Part shown: positions 34,642-46,923 of the stretch, piece after piece
Layout: each line of letters begins with the position of its first letter
How positions within the stretch are numbered: the first letter of the stretch is position 1
NCBI GenBank assembly: GCA_026936335.1
Contig: JAPMXV010000005.1
Span: 310,001-374,000 of the forward strand
Origin: Mantamonas sphyraenae STR306
Taxonomy: Eukaryota > Protista > CRuMs
DNA length: 64,000 bases
Direction: 5' to 3'
The notes under the pieces: model-generated
What the model saw: only the letters and a program-made list of their open reading frames with translations
What the model was told of the DNA's origin: nothing
Databases searched by the model: none
Program-made: the position numbers and the translations under genes

Positions 34642-36730
34642 ATGCATCGAAACCCGTTTGAGTCACTGTCGCCGCGGAGCCATGGCAGCTCGTACAGTGG
34701 TGGTAGCAGCAGTGGACGGTGGAACCCATTTGCCTCGGGAGACGAGCAGGAGAACTCGGCTCCGAACAAACGACGCGGCAGGCGGGAGGTGGATGATGTG
34801 GGACGTCGATTGGCGGTGGTGAAGGAAGCTCCCATGCAGCAACGACGCGGGGTGCTGAACCGCAGCGGGGCTTCGGATCTGGAAAGCTCGTTTGTTGCGG
34901 CGCTTTCGGAATCGCGCCAAGCCGCGACCCTGTCTCAGGAGAGCGGGGCCGGGAACGGGCACGTGAACCAGCTTCTGAGCAGCACACATGCATCTGTATC
35001 CCCAGAGCAGACACAGGGCAGTAGGTCACTTTCACTGTCGCTGGGAGAAGTGAACGGTGACGAGGCGGCGGGAAACGTGCCAACGGTTCGCGCGGGGAAC
35101 GGATTCCGCAAGTTCACCACGGAGACGACGGCAGATGAGATGCTGGCACGATACCAGCATGACGAATCGCAGCTGGATTTGTTGATGGCCGACGCAGGGG
35201 ACATGACAAAGCTCATGCAGCCGCGGGCAAGCAGCAACAAAGTGCAGAGCCGACACTATGGTGAGTTGTGTGTGGGCGCGAGGCAAAAGGCAGAGTCGGG
35301 GAGGGAGATGGGCCTGTTCTGACACGTGCGGACACTGCATGTTTGTGTACGCTGTAGCGTCCATCAACACGGTGGATGCCATCTTTAGCGACCTGCAGCA
35401 GACAAAGGACGAGCTGCTGCGGGAAGAGAACCGACTTGGGCGGGAGCGACGCAAGAAGCGGAACGAACTGCGAGACGTTGAAATGGAGCTGGCACGGCTG
35501 GAAGACAAACGAAGGCAGCTGCAGCACAATATCGAAACGCTTGGGGCACGGGAGGAGGTGATGCGTGGACAGATCGAACACGTCGAAACACAAATCGAAC
35601 AGATCAGCGTGCAGAGCAAGGCATACGAAAAGCAGGTGAGAACGATCAAGGCACACGTGGATGAGGTGCGTCAGGAAGTAGGTGCCAAGGGTGGGGCACT
35701 GGAAATGAGCCACAGCAGCAGCGGATCGTCGTCGTCGTCGTCGTCGTCGTCGGTGGCGTCCGGGTCTGCGGCTGCACGGGCCATGAATGACAGCATGAGT
35801 GCTGCGCGGACGTTCAACAACAGCTCGCAGACCTGGGAGGGCCACGAGGGGGTAGTGATCTGCGGAAAGCTGCTGGGCAAGCAAGCAGTGTCTGGAAGCA
35901 CAGACGGGACGGTGCGACTGTGGGATGTGAGCAGCGGGGAGGAGCTGGCAGTGTTGGAACTGGACTTTGAGTTGCGTTGCCTGGATGTGGACCACAACAC
36001 GTTGGTGTGTGGAGGCGGAAACGGAGACAAGGGCATCGTGGAGGTGTACGAGGTGCGTGGAGAGGGAGAGCAGGAACGGGTGGCTCGTTCACAGCGGCTG
36101 GAGGGACACAGTGGGGCAGTGAGCTGTGTGCAAGTGAACCAAGGGATGGTGGTAAGCGGATCAATCGACAAGACGGTGCGGGTTTGGGAGCTGGAGTCTG
36201 GCAAGTGCAAGCAGACGCTGGGTGCGCACAAGGGTGTGGTGACGTCTCTGTGGTTCGAAGACCATGCACTGGCTACGGCTTGCTCGGACGGATGGGTGCG
36301 ACTGTGGGATCTGAACGACGAAGAGGCGCAAGAGCCGACGCGCAAGTTTTACCACCAGCAAAGCATCTCGTCACTGAAAATCTACAGGGATGACCACACG
36401 ATGCTCATGGTGACTGCTGCGAATCTGGATGACCAACAACGTGGAGGAAGCATCAAGATTTGGGACATGGTACCGTCGAAGGTCAAGTGCGTGCATCACA
36501 TCACACGCATCGGCATTGTGCGAGACATGCGCGTGGGGGCACACGAGCTTGCGTTCACAGCCGGCGATGCCATTCACTTTATCTCGTTGTCCTCCTTCCG
36601 TCCGGTGGCCCACTACTGGGCACACGACGGCGCGGTGCACTTTATCGACGTGGACGAGGCAACGCACCGGATGGTCAGCGGCGGAGTGGATGGTTCTGTG
36701 CGTTTCTGGCGGCTGAGACACCGCACCTGA
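34642..36730 (+). CDS. N-terminal extension + coiled coil + WD40 protein (Mdv1/Caf4-like architecture)
   Basis: Coiled coil (LQQTKDELL...IEQISV) then about 7 WD40 repeats (SGSTDGTVRLWDV, GHSGAVSCV, SGSIDKTVRVWEL); intron 35261-35357. Confidence 0.8.
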
Positions 36731-36801
36731 TTGTGGGCCAGTTGAGGATGGCATGGAAACAGGAATGAAACAGCGCTGCCGCATCCACCAAAAGGAGGAC
36801 G

Positions 36802-37776
36802 ATGGTGAGTCGGGCGGACGCACTCAGGCCGGCGTACGAGGCGTTGAAACAACTTGCAAACGTGGAGGATAGAACGTTGTTGCTCTCGATTGCATTTCTG
36901 TTGCTCGTCTTGTCCATCATGGCGTTGACGGTGGTGCTTTTGGACCGGTGCCACAAACACGACAACGAGCGGGCGCAGGAGACGAACGGAGAACAGCCGC
37001 AGAGAGAAGTTCAGGGCAAGGGAAAGGTTAAACAAGGTGAGATGGACGGCGCAGGGCCAAGTGCGGGACCGTATATGCTGGCCAACCCATTGTATGTGAA
37101 GAACCACGTCAAATTGTTTTTGATCCGCCACGCCCAGAGCGAAGTGAACGTCGACCTCACGGTGCACAAGCGCATCTCGGACGTGCAGGTGCACCTGAGC
37201 AGCAAGGGTCACCAGCAAGCAAAGGACATGGCGGAAGCACTGCCTGCCATCCTGGAGGCGCAAGTGGCAGGCAAGATTGGCATTGTGGCCTCGCCGTACA
37301 CACGGACACGCCAGACGTGCGAATACGTTTCCAAGACGCTCCGACGGGAGCAGCATCAGAGTTCGTTTGAGGTGGTGGTACAGCTGGAGAATCTACTGCT
37401 GATTGAACAGCGGTGGGGCCTGTTTGAGGGCGTTTCATGGGAGGAGCGGGCTGAGCTCTTCCCGGCACAGTATGCGCACTTCACAAAGCACGAAAACTAT
37501 CGCAACACATTCTACGCAAAGCCTCCACAGGGAGACTCACGGTTTGACATGGCTGTTCGAGTGCGGCTGGCCATCCGAGAGCTCCTGGATGTGGCGCAGT
37601 TTCACGGCCTTGACTCGCTGGTGGTGGTGTGCCACAGCAACACGCTGCGCTCCATTGTGCTCAATTGGTGTGACTATTCGCCCGAGTGGCTGAATACGTG
37701 CGTACACCCGCGCAACTGCTGTGTGTGGATGTTGGACGGGTTGCGCGACAGAGGGCTGGTGTTTGAGGGATTCTGA
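36802..37776 (+). CDS. Histidine phosphatase (phosphoglycerate-mutase-like) with N-terminal TM anchor
   Basis: LIRHAQS, SPYTRTRQT, LIEQRWG, PQGDS, VVCH motifs. Confidence 0.85.
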   Translation: MVSRADALRPAYEALKQLANVEDRTLLLSIAFLLLVLSIMALTVVLLDRCHKHDNERAQETNGEQPQREVQGKGKVKQGEMDGAGPSAGPYMLANPLYVKNHVKLFLIRHAQSEVNVDLTVHKRISDVQVHLSSKGHQQAKDMAEALPAILEAQVAGKIGIVASPYTRTRQTCEYVSKTLRREQHQSSFEVVVQLENLLLIEQRWGLFEGVSWEERAELFPAQYAHFTKHENYRNTFYAKPPQGDSRFDMAVRVRLAIRELLDVAQFHGLDSLVVVCHSNTLRSIVLNWCDYSPEWLNTCVHPRNCCVWMLDGLRDRGLVFEGF

Positions 37777-37857
37777 CAGGTTGGGATGGCAAATGAACTC
37801 GCCATGATGATAGCAGATGTGAAAAGGTGATAAGGATGGGTTCCGCCATTGGAGTTT

Positions 37858-39681
37858 TTAGTCGTGGCCACGGACGAGCGATATGGCGGTTGTATCGAAC
37901 TTCATGTCAATGTCGGTGACATCAAGCTGGAGAATGTCGGCGTTGTGAACATGGAGGAGCTCGGCGACGCTGGGATACGTGCGGCCAAGGTCACCGTGGA
38001 CAAACTCTTTGATGTAGGTGCCAGCCTGGGTGCAGAGGTCGAGAATGAAAAAGTGCGAGTTGATGTACTCGCACTTTGCGCTGTAGATGGTCTTTTGGCG
38101 AGCGCCAGGGGAGCGACGGTGAAAGACACGCACTGGAGTGAGCTGGCTGACGGTGAGCTCGTCAATGGCGTCGAGGACGGCAAGGTCCGCTTGGCCAATG
38201 GGTTCGGACACCCAGACAACGCTGCGATAGTACTTGCGCTTTTCCTGCTCGCCCTGTTTGAGCACATCCTGGACGGCCTTGGAAACAAGGTCGAGCTCGT
38301 TGACTTGAATCTTGTCTGTGCTGTCGTTGATGCGCTGCTGCAGGGCTAGGATGTCTTGTTGAGTGGCGTGGACGCGCTTGGCATCCGCAATCTCCAGGAC
38401 AAAGGGACGTCCGCCACCAAGCATGCGCACATCGGCATCCTCACGGCCTGCCGACTGGAAGGAGGCGGACGGTGCGCCGAAAAAGTCGAGGACGTGCAAC
38501 TCGATGAGCTGGGCCACGGAGTCGGGCGCAAGGAGCCTGCCGTCGACAAACCACTCCGTCTGGGAGACGCCTCGGTCGTACTTGTTGTACAGACCGGCTA
38601 TGTACAGTGGACGGCGAGAGAGGTTGAGAGCCCAGCGGGCGGGTTTTGAGGGCGCCGCCGCGGGGTAAGAGAGGTTGTCTGCATACTCCTGGACGGAGCA
38701 CTGAGAAAGGATAAAGCGCACGTTGGAGGCGGAGGTGCTGCTTTTGGTGTGGTGTCTATCGCGACGCTGCTTCTTCTTTTTAGGTTCACGTGCAAGAACC
38801 TTGAGCTCTGCGCAGTCGTTCTGGTTGTCCGGGTGGGTGACCGTGAACTCGAGCACAAAGTCTGCCCCTGATTCGTGGGAGGCATGGATGTCGTGTTGAC
38901 CAAAGAACGCCTCGAGCTGCTGGAGAAGCAGGTGCTTGGCGACATCCTTGATGTCCGTTGCGACTCGGCTCTGCACAACGGTGGGTTCGTCTGCATCGTC
39001 GTGCACATCTGCGTCGCTGTCTGACCTTTCATGTTTTTGTTCACTTTGCGAGGGAGAGTACGCGTAGAACAGCTTCCAGATGGCGTGCTTGGTGGCCTCG
39101 GTTTGCAGCAGATCCACAAAGGCGGCGTACTCGCGGACGAGAAGAGAGGCTGGCAGGGCGAGGGAGACATCGTAGGTTTCAAAGTCAAAGCCGCTGTCTG
39201 GCACGGTGCTGATGTGGTCGGCGACGTCTGGCTGCATAGTCGCGAGGTGTGGCAGGATGTCGAGACACAGCGGACAAACGCCGGAGGAGTTGTTTGTGGA
39301 TGAGTGGAGGGACGAAGAGGAGGAAGAAGAGGAGGAGGAGGAAGAGGAGGAGGAATTGATGCCATCGTCGTCGTTGGGGGTGTCCTGGTCGTGCTTGAGG
39401 TTGTGCGCTGCGTCGGAGTAGGTGTGCATGTCTCTGACACCCGAGTAGCGCAGAGCACACAAGGAGCAGCCGCCAATGCGGAGAATGTGCTTTTCAAGCA
39501 CGTCGCTTTGGGATTGCATGTGCAGATGGGGCTGCGCAAACAACAGAGACCGACAGGGAGGAGGGGAAGGGTTGGCGCAGAGGCCGGGCCCCGTGCTGGC
39601 CCTCTGCGGCTGGGCAACCAACAATAGAGACGGATCAGGATGTTTAAACGGGTATTGCACATCTTGCCCGTACAGCGACAT
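37858..39681 (-). CDS. PUS10: tRNA pseudouridine synthase Pus10
   Basis: CxxC pairs, GLYNKYDRGVSQTEW, SAGREDADVRMLGGGRPF, Q.TP.RV.HRR, TQAGTYIKEFVHGDLGRT.P. The true start may be MQSQSD near 39520. Confidence 0.95.
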   Translation of the reverse strand: MSLYGQDVQYPFKHPDPSLLLVAQPQRASTGPGLCANPSPPPCRSLLFAQPHLHMQSQSDVLEKHILRIGGCSLCALRYSGVRDMHTYSDAAHNLKHDQDTPNDDDGINSSSSSSSSSSSSSSSLHSSTNNSSGVCPLCLDILPHLATMQPDVADHISTVPDSGFDFETYDVSLALPASLLVREYAAFVDLLQTEATKHAIWKLFYAYSPSQSEQKHERSDSDADVHDDADEPTVVQSRVATDIKDVAKHLLLQQLEAFFGQHDIHASHESGADFVLEFTVTHPDNQNDCAELKVLAREPKKKKQRRDRHHTKSSTSASNVRFILSQCSVQEYADNLSYPAAAPSKPARWALNLSRRPLYIAGLYNKYDRGVSQTEWFVDGRLLAPDSVAQLIELHVLDFFGAPSASFQSAGREDADVRMLGGGRPFVLEIADAKRVHATQQDILALQQRINDSTDKIQVNELDLVSKAVQDVLKQGEQEKRKYYRSVVWVSEPIGQADLAVLDAIDELTVSQLTPVRVFHRRSPGARQKTIYSAKCEYINSHFFILDLCTQAGTYIKEFVHGDLGRTYPSVAELLHVHNADILQLDVTDIDMKFDTTAISLVRGHD

Positions 39682-39804
39682 GGTGCTGTTGTTTGTAGAG
39701 GCTCATCGCGAGTGCTGGAATCAGTGCAAAGAGTCCGGAGCGGAGTTGGAGGCGGCGAGGCGAGCGTTCGAGCAGCTGCAGGAGAGAGGGCGAGAGGCTT
39801 GAGA

Positions 39805-40494
39805 ATGGACTTGCGTGCACACACCGCAGTGTGGTCTCGGCCACGTAGAGAGGGCATGGGTCTGGGATTATTTGCGGTGGAGCACAGGCAGTCGGCGGCT
39901 GTAGTTGGCAGGGCATTCTCGACGTGCCGGACCCAGTTTGCACGCGCCAAGGGGGGCAAGGGAGCAAACAAAGCAAGCCCCAAAAATGAACAGCGGCTGG
40001 TGGGAAAGGAGATTCGAGCCAAGCAGGTACGGCTGGTGGACGAGGAGGGAAGGCAACTCGGAGTGATGCCGTTGCCAGAGGCGCTGAAGGAAGGGGAAAC
40101 GCGCAATCTGGACGTGGTGATGATGGTGGCCGAGGCCAAGCCGCCAGTGTGCCGGCTGATGGATTACGATCGCTTCAGGTATGCGGAGAAGCAAAAGGCG
40201 AAAAACGCCAAGACGAGCAATGCGCCGGTGTTGAAGGAGGTGCGTTTGTCTGCACGTACAGAAGAGCACGATATGATGACGAAGCTGCGTCGCATCCTGT
40301 CCTTCCTTGAAAAGAGCTACAGCGTAAAAATCTCGCTTCAGTTCCGCAGGCGGGATCCGTTCCATCCGCAGAGCGCACGAGAGATGCTGGAGTTTCTGAT
40401 TGAGGAACTCCAACAGAACTTGGAGGTGGAGATTACACAGCCAGTGCGTGTGGAGCACCGCAGTGCGAGTGTGACAGTGAGCAGGGCAAAATGA
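39805..40494 (+). CDS. MTIF3: Organellar (mitochondrial) translation initiation factor IF3
   Basis: Arg-rich presequence; EIRAKQVRLVDEEGRQLGVM..EAL....LDVV....PPVCRLMDY; KEVRLS..EEHD..K. Confidence 0.9.
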   Translation: MDLRAHTAVWSRPRREGMGLGLFAVEHRQSAAVVGRAFSTCRTQFARAKGGKGANKASPKNEQRLVGKEIRAKQVRLVDEEGRQLGVMPLPEALKEGETRNLDVVMMVAEAKPPVCRLMDYDRFRYAEKQKAKNAKTSNAPVLKEVRLSARTEEHDMMTKLRRILSFLEKSYSVKISLQFRRRDPFHPQSAREMLEFLIEELQQNLEVEITQPVRVEHRSASVTVSRAK

Positions 40495-40504
40495 ACTGGG
40501 TTCT

Positions 40505-43500
40505 TCATTGGAGAACACATTCGGCGCCCTCATCCGCGCTCTGACCAGAGGAGGCGGAGGTAGAAGAGGATTCGAGAGGTCTCTGGGCGTCCAGATTGAG
40601 GTACTGAAGCTGTTCACCCATTGTGTCGCGCAGCTCGTGCTGCTCTGTGTCATCCATGCAGTTTTCGGCGAGGTCGAGCGTGACGAGCTTGGTGAGAGTG
40701 CGCAGCTCGTCGTGGTCCAGAACTCGAAGCTGGTTCTTGCTGAGCAATAGGTGTTCGAGCTGGCACTCTTCTTCGGGCGGAAAGTACCCCGAGAAGAACG
40801 TAAACTTGTTTGCACTGAGATCGAGACGAGTCAGGGATGTGAGGCCGCGGATCTCTGGAGGAAGGGTGGAGATTTCGTTGTGGTGGAGGCTTAGGAGCTT
40901 GAGACGACCCATGCCTGCAAGGGCGTCACCAGAAATCTCGGCAATGTGGTTGTGAGACATGGTGAGAGACTTGAGGCGGAGGCGGCCGAGGACCGGGGGA
41001 ACGAGTGCAAAGCGGTTGTGACTGAGGTTGAGTTCGGTGAGGCGGGCCCAGCTGTTCTTGAGCAGGAGGGAGGGCAGGCTGTGGAGGCTGTTCTTGCGCA
41101 CATCCAGTACAGTGAGGCGGGTGAGCGTAGTGAGAGCGTCCGGGAGAGACTCGAGCATGTTGTTGCCCACATTGAGGGTCTTGAGGGAGCGCCACACCTG
41201 AACGTTGTCCTCCAAGTGTGTGAGTTCGTTGTCACTGAGGTCAAGAGCCTGCATGGCCTGCGAGGTCCACTCGTTGTCCTGGTAGAGCGGATCTGGCAAG
41301 TCCATGGCGTGGCGACCGCTGAGATCGACGGAGCTTGCTGTGCTGGCCATGGCCTGAGCCACCTCCTGGGCAAGGACCACACGGACCTGGTACATGCGTC
41401 GCATGTAGTCGACGAGGTATTGTGCCTCCTGGCAGAGGGAGAGCTCGTCAGCCGGCGGGAAGGAGATCGGATTGAGGTCGAAACGGCAAACAGCAAGGTC
41501 CTCGAGGGCGTGCAGAGACAGAGGAAGCTCCTGGAGGCGATTGTCTTGCAATAGAAGGTGCGTGAGTCGTACGCAGCCTTGGAGCTCGTCTCCGATGCTT
41601 GTGATCTTGTTTGCAGTGAGATCGAGCTGCTGCAGGTTGGACATGCGGCCCAGCTCAAACGGAAGGGACTGGAGCTGGTTTCCAGCGAGCCCGAGGTACT
41701 TGAGGCGAGCGAGCTCTGTGACCGAGACGGGAAAGGAGGAAAATTGGTTGCCAAGGAGTTCGAGGCGCTTGAGATTCGGTGGAAGACCGACGGGCAGCTG
41801 TGAGAGGATGTTGTTGCTGAGATCAAGGGTGCTGAGACGCTTGAGGGCATACATGCTGTCGGGAATGGAGGAAATCATGTTGAAATCGGCCTGGAGAGTC
41901 TTGAGGGAGGTGGCGTCGCCGATGGCTTCTGGCAGGCGCATGAGCTTGTTGTGGGAGGCGTAGAATGTCTTGAGACGAGCAAGGGACCCTACACCTGTGC
42001 CAAGGGAGCGGATGTCGTTGAAGCTGACGTCGATGTGAGTGAGGGCTGCGAGCTCGCCGTAGTGCGGATGAAGGTCGAGGAGAATGTTGTTGCTGAGATC
42101 GAGGGAGGTAAGAGTGTCCTTGAAATCAAGGAGAATGTCGGGCATTGCGCCGAGGTGTGTGTAGGAGTAGTCGAGGGAGCGCAGGTGTTCCTGGCGCTCG
42201 CGAGCCTTGAGGAGGTACTTGCGCATGTCGTCGGCTTTTTGGATGAGGCCCGGCTGAACTTCGTCCTTAAGGGACTTGAACGTCTGTGACTGCACCGAAG
42301 ATGGAGGCGGGGAGGGTTGTGAGGCGTCGGAGGAGGTGGTGGAAGAGGTCGTGGATGCGGCGGAGAACGAGGAGGAAGATGTCTGCGTCGGAGATGGCGG
42401 AGAGATACCGAATGCGGAGATGTCTGTGGTATCTGCTTGCTGTTCTTCGTCTTGTGTGTCTTCCTGATCCTGCTCTTGAAGCTGAGCAAGTAGCATCTGC
42501 TGAGTTTGCTGGCGGGTGCGCCTACGCACGCGCTGATCTTCAGAAGGGCGGTCCATCTGCGTGAGAGTGGTCTTTTTCACGGCTTGGAGCTGCTGCTGGC
42601 GCTTGCGCTGCTTGAGTTTGCCCTCTCTGGAGTTTACGCCGAGTTGCTGCTTCTTCTTCCAGGAGCGGGTTGTCTTTTCCTCGTCAGGGGCAATCTCCCA
42701 GCCGACCTTGCAATCGATTGGGAGACGATCGAGGCAATCCTTGTGTGAGACGGCCTCGCAGACTTTGCACTGCTGGATGACTACGGTGACGTCACGTCCG
42801 CAGACTTCGCACTGAGCAGAGCCGATGATGGTGCGCTGGACCATGGTGTGGGGCTTTCCGCTGACGGACTTGTCAGGCTTGAGCTCGAGAGCGGTGAGGG
42901 CCTTTTGGGCCTCTGTACACATGGAGTACCAGCGAGACATGGACTGCGAGTCATCGGCGACCATGTAGAAGGGAGTGTGGCGCGGATGGGAAATGACGAG
43001 GGCGTAGTTGCGGTCAACTTCGTCGAGGGAGGCAATGTCGACATGGCAGCCAAGGAGGTAGACGCGAGAGAGCGGGTTCATGTCCTCTTCGTTGTCAAAG
43101 ACGGTGAGAGAGGCGTCGCCGGTGAGTACAAGGTGGCTGGACTCCCATTTGCCGTTGACCTGGGCCAGAATGTGACCCTTGCGCAGGACTTGCGACGTCT
43201 TCCAGCCTGTGTTGGCAAAGATGCGTGCCTGTTTGGTCTTGTTGATCTCTCTATCCTCCTGCAGGCGCGCTTCGTTGAGGGTGAGCATGTCGCGCTGGTG
43301 TTGGATGGAGCGCAGGAGGCAGACGTGCCATTGGTCGATGACGGAAGGGTCGTCTGCGTGTAGGGTGATGCCGTGGCCAGAGGAAACCTCAAGGCGGAGA
43401 GATGACATGGAATTGTGATTGTTGGAGGAGGAAGAGGAAGAAGAAGAGGAGGGTTTGGGGCGTGCAATGTGTGTGACAGAAACGGTTGCGGTTGCAGTGA

Positions 43501-44559
43501 GGGCAAGCTCGTCGATGGGTTTGTCGAGCGAAGTGGGAGCGTAAGTGAGGGTATCGCGCTTGAGGGAGACAAACATGGGAGTGGGTTCGGTGATGGAGGG
43601 TGGGTCAGACACGAGGAGGGTGTCCGTTCGCGAGCGGCGCTCTGGGTCGTCAGCGATGCCCAGGCGTTCCTCCTCCTTCTTGGCGACAGATTCAAGGTAT
43701 TCGACAATCGCTGGGATGGATCGTTTCTGGATCTGCAGTTGGGATATGAGGGGAAGATGTGTGTGAGTGCGAGAGAGAGAGAGAGCGCGGGGAAAGAGCA
43801 GACACCAAATGGTCCTGCAGCTCAGCCCCAACAAGAGACAAATGGAACGGGGTGGTAATCGCAGCAGCAGCAGCAATGGATGACACGTACGTCAGAGGGG
43901 ACTGCAGGCTTGTTGCCCTTGAAGGAAAATTCGACCTGAGAGCGCATTGAGACAAAATCGGCAGGGAGGAAGCGGATGCTGTTGTAGGAGGCGTCGAGGA
44001 CAGCGAGATCAGGGAGGGAAGAGAGATCGTAGGGAAGCTCATGGAGCTTGTTCTTCTGAACGTAGAGCTGCTGGAGGGAGACCATGTTTGCGAGCGAGTC
44101 CGGCAAGGAGGCAAGTCGGTTTCGGTCGAGGGAAAGGAATTGGAGATTTGTGAGGGCGCCAAGGTTGTCCGGGAGAGAGGATAGGTTGTTGTAGGAGAGG
44201 GAAAGGTGTGTGAGGGAAACGCAGTCACCGAGGTCGGGCGGGAGGATTGCAAAGTTGTTTCGCTGGAGGTCGAGGTAGACGAGGTTGGACAGAGAAACAA
44301 TGGTGGGCGGGAGGGTTTCGAGCTGGTTGGAGGCAAGGCGGAGCTCGGTGAGGTTTGCGAGCTTGTCGATGGCCGGAGAGACGGTTTGGATGGCATTTGC
44401 GTTGAGATCAAGTTTGGTGAGGCCTTTCAGAGCCATGATGCTCCAGTGGATTTCCTTCATGACAAATTGGTCGTGGAGGACGAGCTCGTTGGTTTCGCGG
44501 GCCGCAGAGATGGCTTTGCGGAGCTCGAGAAGGTAGTTCTTCTGGTAGACGAGATCCAT
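40505..44559 (-). CDS. LRR - PH(x2) - C1 - LRR signalling scaffold
   Basis: N-terminal SHOC2-type LRRs ending VPSD|IQKRSIPAIVEYL (intron 43890-43733); PH motifs (SVIDQWHVCL; SMSRWYSM); C1 HTM..CEVC..CKVC..H..C..C; two further LRR blocks. Confidence 0.85.
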
Positions 44560-44698
44560 GGCGTCGAACGGGCAGATGTACAGAAGAAGAAAGAGGAACA
44601 AGGAGAATCGTTGGCAAAGAGAGGGCAAGGAAGTGACAGGCGGGAGAGATGGCTGGCAGACGGCGGCGCCGGCGCAGACAGCCGATCCAAACAAACAC

Positions 44699-46887
44699 AT
44701 GGCCACCACGTCGTACAGGCAGGCAGTGCTGAGTGTGTTTCTGGTTGTATGCTGCGTGGTGGTGGTGGGCAACGTGGTGTACCATACCGTAAGGCGAGGC
44801 CGCAGAAAGATCGTGCGGGAGGAGGTGATTGGAGGAGGATGGGGAAGTGGGGCTGGGAATGGAAGCACGCCGACAGCACCAAGCACGGGGCCTAGCGAAG
44901 GTCAGGAGGAGGATGGAGACGAGAGGAAGAGTGAAGAGGAGGGGAAGGATGGCGACCAGCAAGATTCAAACGACGGTGATGGGAATGTGGGACACGAGGA
45001 GGAGAAAGGTGGCGTGCGGGCAGCGACAGGGGTGCGGACGTGTTCGGCAGCGGAAACGAGGGCATACGACAGCGCAACAAGGACTCACTTCAACGGGATC
45101 CAGCTTCCGGATGAGTGGCCACCAAGGGGGTACAGCAGCGAGAAGGATCTGCAGTCTGCCTCGCGTGTGCACCCTGAGCCGCCGTACCTGAGTTCGTTGC
45201 CAGCCGTGATTGGGATCACGGTGGGACGGCAGCTGTTTGTGGACGGTTTCTTGGTCGCAGGGGCAACGGGAGTCACACACTCCTATCACGCAGCGGAGTA
45301 CGTGTCCCAGGATGGATCTGTGGTCCACGCAGACAAGGCGTGGGAGCGCGGGGAGCTGATGGGCCAAAAGTTCTTTTTTGCCGAGCCAGCCTGGGACAAT
45401 GTGGTGTGGATGCCCGAGGAGAAGCGTGTACGTGACGAGACAATCACATGACATCAGAGAGAGAGGTGAGTGGGCTAGAGATGGCGACGACTGACACGTG
45501 TGTGACCGTACAGTACCGGGCGTACTACAAGTGCGGGGTGGAGCCAGCACGGACGTGTTTGGCGTACACAGAGGACATCACAAAGGCATGGGTCAAAGCC
45601 GAATTGCCGGACGATACGCACGGTAGCAGCAACATCGTGCGGGTGCCGTACGGGAACCAGAGAGCAAGCTCGCTGATCCGATTCCACGATGCGCCGTCCG
45701 AGGACATGACGTGGATGCTGTTTGAGTGGAGAGAGGGCAACATGCAGCAAGGAGACGAGATGTTGACAGTATGGAAGAGCAAGACAGGAGTGCGAGACTG
45801 GGTCAAGATTGCGGACAAGGGCCAAATTGCAGGCGACGGGAACGTGGTATTTTACAATCCGTGGCGAAAGACATGGACATACTCGCTGCGAGAGAACATG
45901 TGCAACAAGCTGCGCATTCGCAGGTACTTTGAGACAGAGTCGTGGGACGAGGCGTACGCACGGTACTTTGCTGCTTTCAACGCATGCAATCCATGGAAGG
46001 AGGGCCAGCCGGTGTACTGGTTGGGCGGCGACTCGAAGGACCCGCCGAACAGGACTGGCGATAGACCTCTGGCAGGCGTGTACTATGTGTTTGGCGTCGG
46101 GTACGAATCGATCCTGTTTATGCCGCTGGGCATTTACACGGGCCATCCTCCAGAGTGGAGCCACCATGTAGGTTTGGTGCGATGGGAGAAGAATCCGGGT
46201 GAGCGGACGAGGAGAACTGACTCACATGTGATGCAGGACAAAGGAGTGCACGTAAGCGCTGGGTTCTCTCGCGACGGATTCCATATCTACCGTCCAGATG
46301 ACAGGACACCGCTGGTGGGTGACTTGCCGGACTTTCTGTATCTTTTGCTTCACAATTCGGTGATGCACATCCAAGACGAGACGCTGTACTTTGTCGTGGC
46401 CGGGAGACACCGATCCAAGCCCGTGAACGGGGTGGAGGAGGCGCGCTCGAGAGTGCTGGTGGCGAAGCTGCGCCGGGACGGGTTTGCGAGCTGGAAGAAC
46501 GAGGGGGAGGGGGGCGGGCTTGTGGAATCGCGCTGGGTGCGCTTCTGTGGAGGCTACTTCTTTTTCAACGGACGAGGCTTCCGCGACGAGAGTGAGTTTC
46601 GGGTGGATCTGATTGTTCGGGATGACGCGGATTTGGCAAAGGAACACAGGGTGAGCAGCGTGACGTTGAAGGGTCAAGTGGACTCGACAAAGCACAGGCT
46701 GGAGTGGCCAGACGATGCAGTGGGACGCACACAGCTGGCAGCGTATGCTGGCGAACCGGTGCGCTTCGACTTTCACCTGAAGCATTTTGAACTCTTTTCA
46801 TTCTGGGTCAGTGACGACGAGGGAGGACGGTCGTATGGATGGGTAGCTGGAGGGGGGCCTGCGTATGATGGGCCACGGGATGTGTGA
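44699..46887 (+). CDS. Type II membrane glycoside-hydrolase-like five-bladed beta-propeller protein (bacterial-like family)
   Basis: N-terminal TM; ITVGRQLFVDGFLV, GFSRDGFHIYRPD, AKLRRDGFAS, LFSFWVS. Introns 45428-45513 and 46168-46236. Confidence 0.7.
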
Positions 46888-46923
46888 TTTGTGAAAATGA
46901 ATGCGCGGCGTTTGGCAAGAAAA

